Positions 40,519 to 50,681 of a stretch of 64,000 bases of DNA are shown here, in pieces. The notes under the pieces were generated by a model. It was not told the DNA's origin. It did no database searches and saw only the letters and a list, made by a program, of their open reading frames with translations. A program made the position numbers and the translations under genes. Source of the stretch: Longimicrobiales bacterium (GTDB taxonomy: Bacteria; Gemmatimonadota; Gemmatimonadetes; Longimicrobiales; Gaopeijiaceae); contig CBDCKN010000003.1 in the NCBI GenBank assembly GCA_965218295.1, positions 192,001-256,000 of the forward strand, given 5' to 3'. Each line of letters opens with the position of its first letter. The stretch's first letter is position 1.

Positions 40519-41396
40519 GCGAGCGCATCGAATGCCGCTACCACGGGCGCGACTTCACCGCCGCGGAAATGGCGCTGCTGCGCCGACTGATCGCCGGACC
40601 GCCCGCGCTCAACCGCCACGCCCTGTCGAAGGAGTTCTGCCGGCGCATCGGCTGGTTCAAGCCCGACGGCGGGCTCAAGGACATGATGGCGCGCGTCACC
40701 ATGCTCGCCATGCACAGCGACGGCCTCATCGTCCTGCCGCCCCCGAAGTGGAGGCAGAAACGACCCGGCCCCATCGTCTTCGGACAGGACACCGAACCGC
40801 CCCTCTTCCCCCCGCCCACGATCCTCGACGAGGTCCGCCCCCTCGAACTCCGCACCGTCGTCGGCGGCACCCGACAGGGCAGGCTGTGGAACGAGTTCGT
40901 CGCGCGCCACCACTATCTCGGCTACAAGACCCTCGTCGGCGCCCAGATGCGCTACGCCGTCCACGACCGCAACGGCTGGCCGCTCGCCATACTCGGCTTC
41001 AGCACCGCCGCCTGGTCCCTCGCTCCACGCGACCGCTTCATCGGATGGACCCCGACCCTGCGAAAGAAGAACCTGCCGCTCGTCATCGACAACCCCAGGT
41101 TCCTCATCCTGCCCTGGATCCGCATCCCCAACCTCGGATCCCACATCCTCGCCCTCGTCCGCCGCCGCCTGCCCCGCGACTGGACCCGCCGCTACAACAC
41201 CACCCCCGTCCTCATCGAGACCTTCGTCGAGGTCCCCCGCTTCACCGGCGGCGTCTACAGGGCCTCCGGTTGGATCCGCGTCGGTACCACACGGGGACGA
41301 GGGCGCTACGACACCGCCAAGCAGTACGGCAAGCCCACCAAGGATGTCTGGCTCCGCCCGCTCGCCAAGCACTGGAAGCGCATCCTCAACCGCTGA
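40515..41396 (+). CDS. DUF4338 (Druantia DruA-like) protein, 293 aa
   Basis: LWNEFVARHHYLGY, AAWSLAPRDRFIGW, NPRFLILPW, NLGSHIL, ETFV, YRASGW...GRGRYD; ATGA overlap with the transposase stop. Confidence 0.88.
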   Translation: MSERIECRYHGRDFTAAEMALLRRLIAGPPALNRHALSKEFCRRIGWFKPDGGLKDMMARVTMLAMHSDGLIVLPPPKWRQKRPGPIVFGQDTEPPLFPPPTILDEVRPLELRTVVGGTRQGRLWNEFVARHHYLGYKTLVGAQMRYAVHDRNGWPLAILGFSTAAWSLAPRDRFIGWTPTLRKKNLPLVIDNPRFLILPWIRIPNLGSHILALVRRRLPRDWTRRYNTTPVLIETFVEVPRFTGGVYRASGWIRVGTTRGRGRYDTAKQYGKPTKDVWLRPLAKHWKRILNR

Positions 41397-41456
41397 GCAC
41401 CCCCACACACACGATCCGACAACACGACGCTCCCCACGGCTTGGCCGAACAGTTAC

Positions 41457-41685
41457 TGGCGATCACGTCATAAAGCGCGTCCCGGTCGGAGATGTCGACA
41501 TTGGGTGGCTCGTCCCCGGTCACGGTCTCCAACCGCAACCGGAAGGCCGGTTTCCTGCTACCCGCGTCCGTCAGTCGTGCACGCAGCGCGTCCTCGACGA
41601 ATCTCGTGAGCGTGATCCCGTCCCGTGCCGCCCGCCCCTTGGCCGAGCGCAGAACCTGATCGTTCAGATTGAGCGTGGTTTTCAT
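41457..41685 (-). pseudogene. VapB/CopG-like RHH antitoxin, C-terminus cut by the IS66 element
   Basis: MKTTLNLNDQVLRSAK..A...G.TLT..VEDALR...DRDALYD; the original end KVR* lies across the IS at 38136-38146. Confidence 0.75.
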
Positions 41686-41850
41686 GCGCAAAGCCCGCTA
41701 ACACCGTTGCGTATGGCTCAACCATATCACTAGGGAACATGCATGGAAAGCCGTTCACGCCGTCATGCGCCGCGCGCGGCGCTATCTTCGTGTCCGATAT
41801 TTGCCATTAACGGACAACTTTAGAAACTAGGGAGAAGGGAGACGACCCTG

Positions 41851-42110
41851 ATGGGCAAGGCGCTAGTTGTCGGGACACGGAGCGGGAGCGGGGAGGCCCT
41901 CGCCGCCACCAAGCAGACAGCCGCCGCCGCGCTCTCGCTCGCTCAGGAGAACATCGTCCGGGACGCCATCGAGGCCAGCCACGCGCCGCGTCTACGCATC
42001 CGCATGGGGTCGCTTCGCCGCTTGGTGCGAGGCCCAATACAAGGCCACCGCAGCCTTCCGGCCGCGCCCGAAACCGTAGCCGCCTACCTGGCCGAACGCG
42101 CCCATAAGCG
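41851..42110 (+). pseudogene. N-terminal fragment of a Cre-like tyrosine recombinase
   Basis: Across frameshifts: ATRRVYASAWGRFAAWCEAQ / GHRSLPAAPETVAAYLAERA; no catalytic domain follows. Confidence 0.7.
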
Positions 42111-44323
42111 GGCTAGCGCCCGCGTCGATCCGACTGATTCGCCCGGCCCGCGTCGAAGCCGCCGCGCGCGTCTTCGGGCTCGCTTGTGGCCGAAGCATCG
42201 CCGGCCGATGGGAGTCCGCACGGATGCCCGCTCTCTACGCACGGGGTGAGCTAGCCGCCCGTGGCGCCGTGGCTCAGTAACTACGGTTGAGTGCACCCCC
42301 GCCCGTCCCATTTCCCCCCCTGGCCGGGGGTGCCCCGCGTCCGCAGACCCTCCGGAGGGAGGCCCTGGCGACCGCCGCGGCGGCCGTCGATGGCTGATGA
42401 CGTCGGTCATGCTTTGAACGCTACAGCGCGGCCGCGCCGGGCGTCAGTGACACTTTCGCCAGTGTCGGAACCGCCAGGTGTGTCCGGTTTTTTACGTCTC
42501 GAGGAGGCTCCGGTTTCTCTGGTCCGAGCTCGAGCTTGCGGCGCACGATGTCGATCTTGGCGCGCACGGAGCTCGCGGACGATGGCGCCCCGGATCTCGG
42601 ACGCCGAGTAGGTGTGCGTCTCCTCGGCAACCTTGAGCTCCTGCCTGAGCTCCCTCACCGTGAGCGTCCGGGTCCTGCTTCGGCTCCTCGGGAGGCACCT
42701 CCGGATCCGTGTCCAAATCGGTGTCCAAAGTGTACAAATGGATTCCCCTGCGCTCGAGCCAGTTGTGCACCTTGCCGCCGATGATTTTTGCGTCCCACCA
42801 CCGTCTCCGCCACCACGGCGCCGTCAGGTATCGCAGAGCACTCTCCGCTGCATCGAGGCGCGCCGCAAGTGGAGTATCTTATGGGTGTTATAGAGTTCGG
42901 GGATCGCCATCACGTCGCCCCTCGTGGTGAGCTTCGCCTTGTACTTGCGACCCCTCGCCGCCTCGCTTTCGGTCTCCTGCGCCAGACGCCTTTTGTCCAC
43001 GTCAAAACGCCCGTCCATGTACGCCTCTTGTGCACCCGGCGTGTGCACGAGGAGGAGGCGCTCGGGCATCACGAACGAGGACCTCCGCGACGTCGCCCGG
43101 GACCGCTTCACTCCCTGGGCCTGGTGACGTGGCGCGACACGACGACCCGTGGGATGCGCTAGGACCTACCGGGCGCCCCGGTACGGCCGTCGCCACAGTG
43201 GACCCGGCCAGCCAGGCGCGCCGGCCGATCCGTGGGACGAGCTCTTCGGAGCTCCCGTCTACTCGCCAACCCCCGCAGCTCCGGAAGCTCCCAGGGATGG
43301 GCCTCGGGGAACGCCTGGCCCGTCCGTTCCGTGCGTTCGGGGCCGGTCTCGAGCGAGGAGCGACCGCGACCGTCCCCGAGCTCGGGGGGAACCGCTAGCA
43401 CCGCTGACAGCCGGATGGTGCGGTGACAGCTCATTCGGATTCCTGAATGGCTGCTCGCGGGGAGCGAGCGGGTGGACGCCGGGGGGGTGCTACTCCTTCT
43501 CGGGTCTCGGGAAGCTCAGGCGATGGACTATCCCGGTCGCCTTGTCGAAATCGAACACCCCGTTGGTCTCGAAGTCCTCGTCCTGTTCAGATGCCTCGTG
43601 GACGGGTAGCCGCCGGGCGGCAGCGTCTTCCTCTCGGGTTGTTTGTCTTTGGGCATTCGAGCCTTCCTCGACGAGGCGTGGCGGCTGGCCGAACTCGACG
43701 CCCCTGGTCCAGCCACGTGAATCTACTGACGCCCCAGAGTGTGTTTTCAACTCCTCGAAAGCCGTCTGCGGGTTGGTCCCCATGACGTCGAGCGTATAGA
43801 TGGGGTCGACGAACCTGCCCGAGCCGAGGAACCGCGAGACGGTGCGGCCGGCCGCGAGCATCGGCGCCAGGTCGACCAGGTACAGGTCCGTGACGTAGCC
43901 GGCCCGCATCGAGCACGTCGAGGAGGTCCTGCACGGGGCCCGTTGAAGCTGCCGACCCAGGGGGGAACGACGACGTTGTCGCTGTTGGCCGGGATGGTCC
44001 GACCGTCGGGTGTGCTTTGGGAGGCCATCATGAAAAGGGGGGGCATGCGCCGTTCAAAGGGCTGGGCGGAAGAACTGCTGTTGACAGAGAGAGGGAGTGG
44101 CGGCGGCTGGCGGCCCCGGAGCCCGTTACGGGCGATTCTACGACCTCGAGGGCGGGGGGGGGTCGCCCGGTCCCCTCCCCGGCCCCTGGAGGAGGCTCCC
44201 CGGCCGGCGGACCCTACCGCGACGGAAGGCGTCAGGCGCGTTCTACGGGGCCTCTTGCTACCATCTCCGCAGAGGGTCGCTCCCGCCCCGCCCAAGTCCC
44301 TGCGGGAAGCTAGGCCCTCGTCG

Positions 44324-44551
44324 TCACAGTCTTTCCTCGAATGCCGAACGAGGCACTCCGGACTGGCGGATGATCGCCATCAGCGTGCCGGTGCGCAGCT
44401 CTCGATGATCCGGCACCGGAACGGTGACCGTGCCGTCGGCATCCGTCTTCTGCATCGCGATGTGGCTGCCGCGCCGCCTGACTTCGACGAAACCGTTGGT
44501 AGCGAGGATGCGGCAGACCTCGCGACCGGACAGCACGCGCAGTCTAGCCAA
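44324..44551 (-). CDS. hicA: HicA family toxin
   Basis: LSGREVCRIL...GF.EVRRRGSH...VPVPDH.EL..GTL.AIIRQSG. Confidence 0.92.
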   Translation of the reverse strand: MARLRVLSGREVCRILATNGFVEVRRRGSHIAMQKTDADGTVTVPVPDHRELRTGTLMAIIRQSGVPRSAFEERL

Positions 44552-44765
44552 CTACGACCTCAATCTGGGTCACATAGACTTCGCCGCGCAGCCGCCTGTT
44601 AGCTTCGTCGGCGGGTGCGGTTTCGAAAAACAGGGCGAGGGCTTCGGCCAAGTTGTCGCGCGCCTCGGCCACGGTCTCGCCCTGGCTAGCGACATCCACC
44701 TCCGGGCAGAGCGCCACATAGCCGTCGCCCTCGCGTTCGACGATCGCGGTCAAGCGTCTGTTCAT
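44544..44765 (-). CDS. hicB: Short HicB family antitoxin (hicBA order)
   Basis: TAIVEREGDGYVALCPE..VASQGETVAEARDNLAEAL. Confidence 0.92.
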   Translation of the reverse strand: MNRRLTAIVEREGDGYVALCPEVDVASQGETVAEARDNLAEALALFFETAPADEANRRLRGEVYVTQIEVVVG

Positions 44766-45294
44766 AATACACGTCTCCCGTGCCAAAGCTGTCCGGCTCC
44801 GGCATTCCCGTGGCAACAGGCGATGAATCGCTGTGTAAGGATTTTTTGCCGGGCACCGTCCCGGCTTCACGAGTATAATGTCACGACCCGGACTTTGGGG
44901 CTGATCTAGTCGGCTCCGGAATGTTCAACGTGCCCCGCCTCGAAGCGGGCGGCCAGGTATTCGGCACGGTCCCGTCGGACCCCGGAATCACGAAGCCCTT
45001 CTGGCGGAGATCCTTCAGCGCCGTAAGGTGGCCCATTCTGCCCCTCCTCGATCACGATGGGCGGCTGGCCCTGCTCCACGTCTTGATCCAGCCTCTTGAA
45101 TCTACTAACAACCCCCAGGATTCTGTGCCCCGAAAGTGAGGGGGGTGGTGAACACCCGTACACACGCCCGTGTACACGTCCGTAAGATTTCCGACCATCC
45201 CGTGTGCGTCCCAAGTCGTCCTCCACATTGGAGATACGAGGTCACGCACGATCCCCCCCCGCGTGTCAACGGCCATCGAAAGCTGCACAGGTCT

Positions 45295-45945
45295 TGGAGT
45301 GAACCCCTAAAAGTAGACACAGAGAGGGCGATGGATTGACCTTCCGTAATCACCCAGGGAGAATCAATGACGGTTCGACGCCACAGGAGGTACAGCACAG
45401 AGTTCAAGATCCAGCTCGTCCAAGCCTATCTGGACGGAGAAGGCAGCGCGAGGTCGATTGCGACACGACACGAGGTCCCCCGCTCCCTGCTGATGATCTG
45501 GATCAAGAAGTACGAAGCAGGGGATCTCACAAGGGAGATCCACCTCCAGGAGCAGGTTGTCGAGTACGGGGCAAAGATTGCGGCGCTTAAGCGCAAGGTC
45601 GGTCAGCTGACGATGGAGCTTGACGTCATGAAAAAAAGGGCGTTGATACGACCGTCGCAGCAAGGCGCGCGGCCGTCGATCATCTCCGGTCCAGGGGCGT
45701 CCCCATCCGACGGGGATGTAGCCTCATGAACATGGCGAGGAGCACCTTCTACAAGCGACCGCATGCGGGCCACCGGGCAGCCCAGGGAGAAGGCCGATGC
45801 AGACCTGCGCGTTCGGATCGAAGACATCCTGGCCGAGTTCCCCGCCTACGGATACCGACGGGTCACGCACGAGCTCCGGAGACGTGGCCTGGTGATTAAT
45901 CACAAGCGAGTGGCGCGTGTCATGCGTGAGCACGCGCTCACGCCC
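45295..45945 (+). mobile_element. Truncated IS3-family element (OrfA 45367-45729, start of OrfB)
   Basis: Putative IRL TGGAGTGAACCCCTAAAAGTAGACA; RRYSTEFK HTH; A7 run; YGYRRVT...NHKRVARVMRE, then a break. Confidence 0.8.
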
Positions 45946-45949
45946 CACC

Positions 45950-46187
45950 CCTCTGGCAGCTCCTCCACGCTCATCCCGTCGATGCCCGGACTGCCCTTAT
46001 TCTGCCGCACGCGTTTCAACGCTCCTACGAGGTTGGCACGCCCGACCACCTCCTCCATCAGGAGATGCTCGCTTCCTGAGCGCTCGTCTCCATGGGCCAC
46101 CGTTCCGGCTTCGCCACTCCCCTCTACCTTCGGGGCTTCACCCCTATCCTCCAGCGGGAGCTCCAGTTGCCTGGACTCCTGGCGCAT
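45950..46187 (-). pseudogene. Group II intron reverse transcriptase/maturase, N-terminal fragment
   Basis: LMEEVVGRANL..ALKRVRQNKGSPGIDGMSVEEL (RT0 region), then truncated. Confidence 0.88.
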
Positions 46188-46631
46188 GGCCTTCTCGAGA
46201 TCCACGGTCGTCACACTCTCCTCTCCGTTCGGCCCTTCGTCCGACAAAGCTGGGTCCAAGCGCATCATGCACTTCGTCGGCCTACTATGGCCTCTGCTGA
46301 CTTCTCGCTCCGCCGGCAGGCCCAACAGCGCAATGCCGGCGTCGCCCTTTCAGGCGTCAGGCGAGACCTCCCCGGGTAAGAACGATGACCTTCCCCGCAC
46401 AATCGCCGGATCTACGCCGCTTCCCCTTGGTCGCAGGAGCTTCGCGGTCAGTGGTCCGCTCGCCCCGGTCCGCAGCGCCTCGTATCCGGTTCCTGTTCGT
46501 CGACTCACGGGTTCGTTTCACGCTTCGTTCAGCGTACGCCTCACGACGAACGCCTTGCGCTTCCCTTCGGTCCCTGCGACCAGGTTCCGGGAGGACTTTC
46601 ACCTCCAAGTCATTGCCCATGCCGGGCCCAC
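45950..46631 (-). mobile_element. 5' part of a class IIC group II intron (ribozyme DI-DIV and start of the RT ORF)
   Basis: Starts GTGGGCCCGGCATGG; GGTGAAAGTCC; GAGAAGTCAGCAGAGGCCATAGTAG...GAAGGGCCGAAC; directly follows a terminator hairpin. Confidence 0.88.
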
Positions 46632-46671
46632 CACAAAAGAGAAGGGCCCGGACCTTGCGGTCCGGACCCTC
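46632..46671 (-). terminator. Rho-independent terminator of the surface-protein gene; IIC intron target
   Basis: GAGGGTCCGGACC-GCAA-GGTCCGGGCCCTTC-TCTTTTGTG on the minus strand. Confidence 0.85.
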
Positions 46672-46717
46672 CCCTCACCTTCCTTCGAGTCCGGAGACTC
46701 GAAGTGATTATAAAACC

Positions 46718-49048
46718 CTACCGCTTGTCGACGGTGAGATCTGCGCTTACGGCAGCCACGGCCACAGAGCCCTTCTTTGCTGTGCTCACTCCGAAGGCGA
46801 CAACATTACCCGTCGTGTAGGCGTCCTCATCGACAACAGCGAGGAAGGCAACCGCATCAACCTCTGCGGAACCTGTCAACGCCAGTGAGACACTCTTGGA
46901 AATCAATTAGAGAGCAATCTCCTGTGTAGTGAGGGATGGGGTGGGAGGATTGATCCAGACGGCCTCCGGGAGTGGTTTAGGCTTCGGCTCACCGGAGACG
47001 AAGCGCTCGGGATGAGCGGCCCATGCCTCACGGAGCACGGCCTTCCTGCAGGCGATGATCCGATCGGCGTGACCGAAGTGGACCTGTTCGGGGGTCAGCA
47101 TCGAGATGCCGCCATGGCGGTGCTCGGCATTATACCAACGGAAGAACGAGCGACAGAAGGTCTTGGCTTGCCCCTGATCCCCGAACCGGCCGGGAAACGA
47201 GGGATGGTACTTCAAGGTCTTGAACTGAGCCTCGGAGAACGGATTGTCATCCGAGACCTGGGGTCGGCCCAACGAGCGGGTCACGCCGAGATCGGCGAGT
47301 AGTTGAGCCGTGCATTGGCTCGTCATCGGAGCCCCTCGATCGGAATGCAGGGTCAGGAGGTGGGGCTGGACGCCATGCTTCAAGCAACTCTGCTGGATCA
47401 GCCGGCTGGCCAGGGCAGAGTTCTCCCGATCCGCCACCATCCATCCCACGACGTAGCGGCTGAAGATGTCCAGGATCACGTAGAGGTAGAAGTAACTCCA
47501 CTTCTTCGGCCCCAGCAGCCGGGTGATATCCCAGGACCAGACCTGGTTCGGGCCCCTCGCCATCAACTCGGGCTTCTGGTATTTGGGATGACTCCGCTGC
47601 GCTCGACGCTCCTGAACCGGCACCTGGGAAGCCAGAACGCGATACATCGTACGCTCGCTGCACAGGTAGACGTCCTCGTCGAGCAGCGTCGCCACCACCT
47701 CGGCTGGGGACCGGTCCACGAACCGCTCCGAACACAGCGTGTCGAAGACCTTGTCTCGTTCCTTCTCGCTTAAGGCCCGGGCGGGGGTCGGGCGGGGCTG
47801 CTGATGCCCGGTCGATGCACTCCGACGACGGTAGAACGTGGCTCGCGGCACCCTGAGCGCATCGCACGCGGGCTTCACCCCTACGTGCTTGGCTAGCTCC
47901 TGGGTCGCCTTCATGAGTTCGTCCCGTCCTCGAGGCTCAATCCCAGCAGCCCTGCAACTTTTCCCTGGACGTCGATGATCAAGTGCGCCTTCTGGAGCTC
48001 CTTCTCGAGGCGAGTGTTCTCGCGCTCCAGCTTGCGCACCTTCTCCTCCAGCGGATTGCGCTCGCGCTTACGGCCTCGTTTCTTCGACAGCGCTTTCAGG
48101 GACCCGCTATGCGCCGCCTTGCGCCATGTCGTCAGGTGCGACGAGTACAAGCCCTCCCGCCGTAGGAGTCGGCCAACCTCTCCGGGCTCCGTGCACCGGT
48201 CCGCTTCTTCGACGATCCGCAGCTTGTACGACGGAGCGAACCGCCGGCGCAGCGGCCTATCTACCACCTCCGAGTCCGCAGGAGCTGCCGCGCTTCGCTT
48301 ACCGTCCCAGGTTGGTGGGGCTATTCCATTCTCTTTCATTCTCTCTCGGTGTCTCAGCATCCTCGGTTTCTCTGCCTTCGCCCTACTCTAATTCCTTAGC
48401 TGCTCCGTGTCTCACGTAAGTTGGCAGAGAGGGCTGCCGCATAGGTCCAATCGCGACCATCGGGGTTATCTACAGTTTTCACAGTAGCGCTGTTACCAGC
48501 CACCGATTCGATAAACCGGAGTTCGTTAACAGGTGGCGTCCCCTACCGTGACCGCGACGTGTACATAAAAGTCTACGCGCGAGAACGGGAAGTCAGTGCT
48601 CGCATCCGACAGGCCCGCCTTGGCCTCGATCTCGATCGTAGCATCGCCATCTTCGATGGTCGTGTTGTCGGCGCCATCGGTGGCTGTGGCCGCGAATGTC
48701 CCGCCGCTCCTGAACTCTACCTGGGGGATATTATCACCTTCTGGGGTACCGATGTCCCCCGCCCCTGATGATACACCGTCGGCAGTCCCCACCTGATCGG
48801 ATACGTATGCCTTGATGGTCGCTATGGCTTCAAGCTGGGTGTCGTCAGCACCATTCTGCACTGCGAGGAATGGGAGTACGACCGGAGGCTCCCGCTCGAG
48901 CAGATCGTCTTGTCAGAGAGGATGCGTCGTATACATCGACGTCAACGCTCTCCAGCTTGATTTCAGCATTGGTCACCTGATCGCCACCGGTTCCCACGGT
49001 TCCTACCGGTACGTTTATGGCGTAGCTCGCAATCGACAGATTATCCGA
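46718..49048 (-). pseudogene. C-terminal remnant of a beta-rich surface (S-layer/Ig-like) protein, split by IS3 and frameshifts
   Basis: Colinear Thr/Ala/Asp/Val-rich fragments: SDNLSIASY..VDVYDASSLT / LPFLAVQ..PFSRVDFY / ELRFIESV..RDWTY / EVDAVAFL..LTVDKR*. Confidence 0.6.
46865..48441 (-). mobile_element. IS3-family element (OrfA 47911-48339, OrfB 46907-47914)
   Basis: Ends TGCGG..TG(T/C)CAAC....GTGAGACAC on both sides; OrfB has WSWDIT, HSDRG, DDNPFSEAQFKTLKY; no TSD seen; termini approximate. Confidence 0.88.
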
Positions 49049-50426
49049 GAGCTAGGATCAAAGGGTGTGTAAAAAGAGAGGCGACGTACCTTTCCGCTGA
49101 GTAATAACCAGCGAACTCCGGGTGACAGCCCGGGGGAAAGGAACGACGCCTCGTGAGGAAGAATACGGTGGGACCCGAGGGTGAGTCCAGGACGCCCGTG
49201 TGGGAAGTTCTGGAAGAAGTGGTTCGGGAGAAGGCGCAGGAGTTCATTCAACAGATCTTGGAGGAGGAAGTCACGGAGTTGCTAGGGCGAGAGAAGTCAG
49301 AGCGCAGGAGGGTGGTGGACGCGACCGAGGGCTACCGCAACGGATACGGCAAGCCGAGGCGGCTGGCGATGAGCTCGGGCACGATCACACTCCGACGCCC
49401 TCGAGTTCGAGGCCTTGAGGAGCGGTTCGAGAGCCGCGTGCTGCCGTTGTTCGCGAGGCGGACGAAGGAGCTGGGCGCTCTGCTTCCGGAGCTGTATCTG
49501 CACGGACTGGCGGAGGGAGACTTCGAGTTGGCGATGCGGGGCCTGCTGGGCGAGGGGGCACCGCTGTCGAAGTCTTCGATTCGGCGGCTGCGGGCGGGAT
49601 GGACGGCGGAGTTCGAGGAATGGAGCCAGCGTCGCCTGGAGGGTCGTGAGGTCGTCTACGTGTGGGCGGACGGGATCTATGTGAAGGCAGGGCTGGAGCG
49701 GGACAAAGCGGCGCTGCTGGTGGTGCTGGGTGCCATGCGAGACGGGACGAAAGAGGTGTTGGCCCTGAGAGCGGGCTACCGAGAGTCGGTCGAGTCCTGG
49801 TCCGAGGTGTTGCGGGACCTGAAGGCACGCGGCATCGAGGCGCCCCGGCTTCTGATGGCGGACGGTAACGCTGCGATCTGGGGCGCAGTACGGCAGGTAT
49901 GGCCTGAGGCGGGTGAGCAACGGTGCTGGAACCACAAGATGAGGAACGTGCTGGACCGACTACCTCAGCGGGAGCAGGGCGAGGCGAAGGATCTTCTCCG
50001 GGCCGTGGTCTACGCACCGAGCCGGGCCGAGGCCCTGAAGGCCCGCGAGGTGTTCGCCCGACGCTATAGGCCGTGGTATCCGAAAGCAGTGGACGTACTC
50101 GAGGACGACTGGGAGCGGATGGTAGCGTTCTACGACTTCCCCGAGGACCACTGGAAGCATCTACGCACGACGAACGTGGTCGAGAGCCCGTTCGCCGCGG
50201 TACGGCTCAGGACGACAGCAGCGAAGCGGTTCAAGCGGGTCGAGAGCGCTACGGCGCTAATCTGGAAGTTGCTCTTGGTGGCTGAGAAGCGGTTCCGAAG
50301 GCTCGACGCTCCTCACCTCCTCAAGGACGTATTTGAAGGAAGAAAGTTCGAAGACGGAAAGCCCGTCTCACACCAACAGCGGAAGAACGCCGCCTAATAC
50401 GTTTACACACCTATTGACCCAACCTC
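49049..50426 (+). mobile_element. IS256-family element, complete (transposase 49153-50397)
   Basis: IRs GAGCTAGGATCAAAGGGTGTGTAAA and GAGGTTGGGTCAATAGGTGTGTAAA; YRNG, WADGIY, ADG, QRCWNHK, RTTNVVES; no TSD. Confidence 0.93.
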
Positions 50427-50681
50427 TACGGAACCCTCTGGATCCGCTGGCCGTCGCAGCTGGCGTCTGGCCGCGGAGTCGGTAGCCGCGATGTGTCCGC
50501 TCATATGCTGTACGAGATTACGCAACGACTGGTTATGGGCTTGACAGTGGGGACCATACTGGCCTAGCCTATAACCTTTGGCCTGCCGCGAGCAGCCCCT
50601 TGACATCAGTTGCCCGTGCCCCCGTCCTTAGCATCCGTGGGGTCCGATCGCCGCGATTAGATTGCCACAGGAGGGTTTCTC

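Larger units (their letters stand above)
38155..41456 (+). mobile_element. IS66-family element (TnpC only) carrying a DUF4338 gene, 3302 bp
   Basis: 49-bp perfect IRs starting GTAA; 8-bp TSD TGGCGATC (38147-38154, 41457-41464). Confidence 0.95.

Noticed and set aside
40515..41396. Complete Druantia defence system
   Set aside because: No DruE helicase or other dru genes are in the window; the gene lies inside IS ends.
37805..41408. Long minus-strand ORFs (660, 565 and 465 aa) and the 703-aa plus ORF starting at 39285
   Set aside because: These are shadow frames of GC-rich IS66 genes; only the part from 40515 of the 703-aa ORF is protein-like.
45900..46325. Retron, DGR or other defence-associated reverse transcriptase
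   Set aside because: The fragment has a group II intron RT0 motif and is preceded by IIC ribozyme sequence; no YADD core remains.
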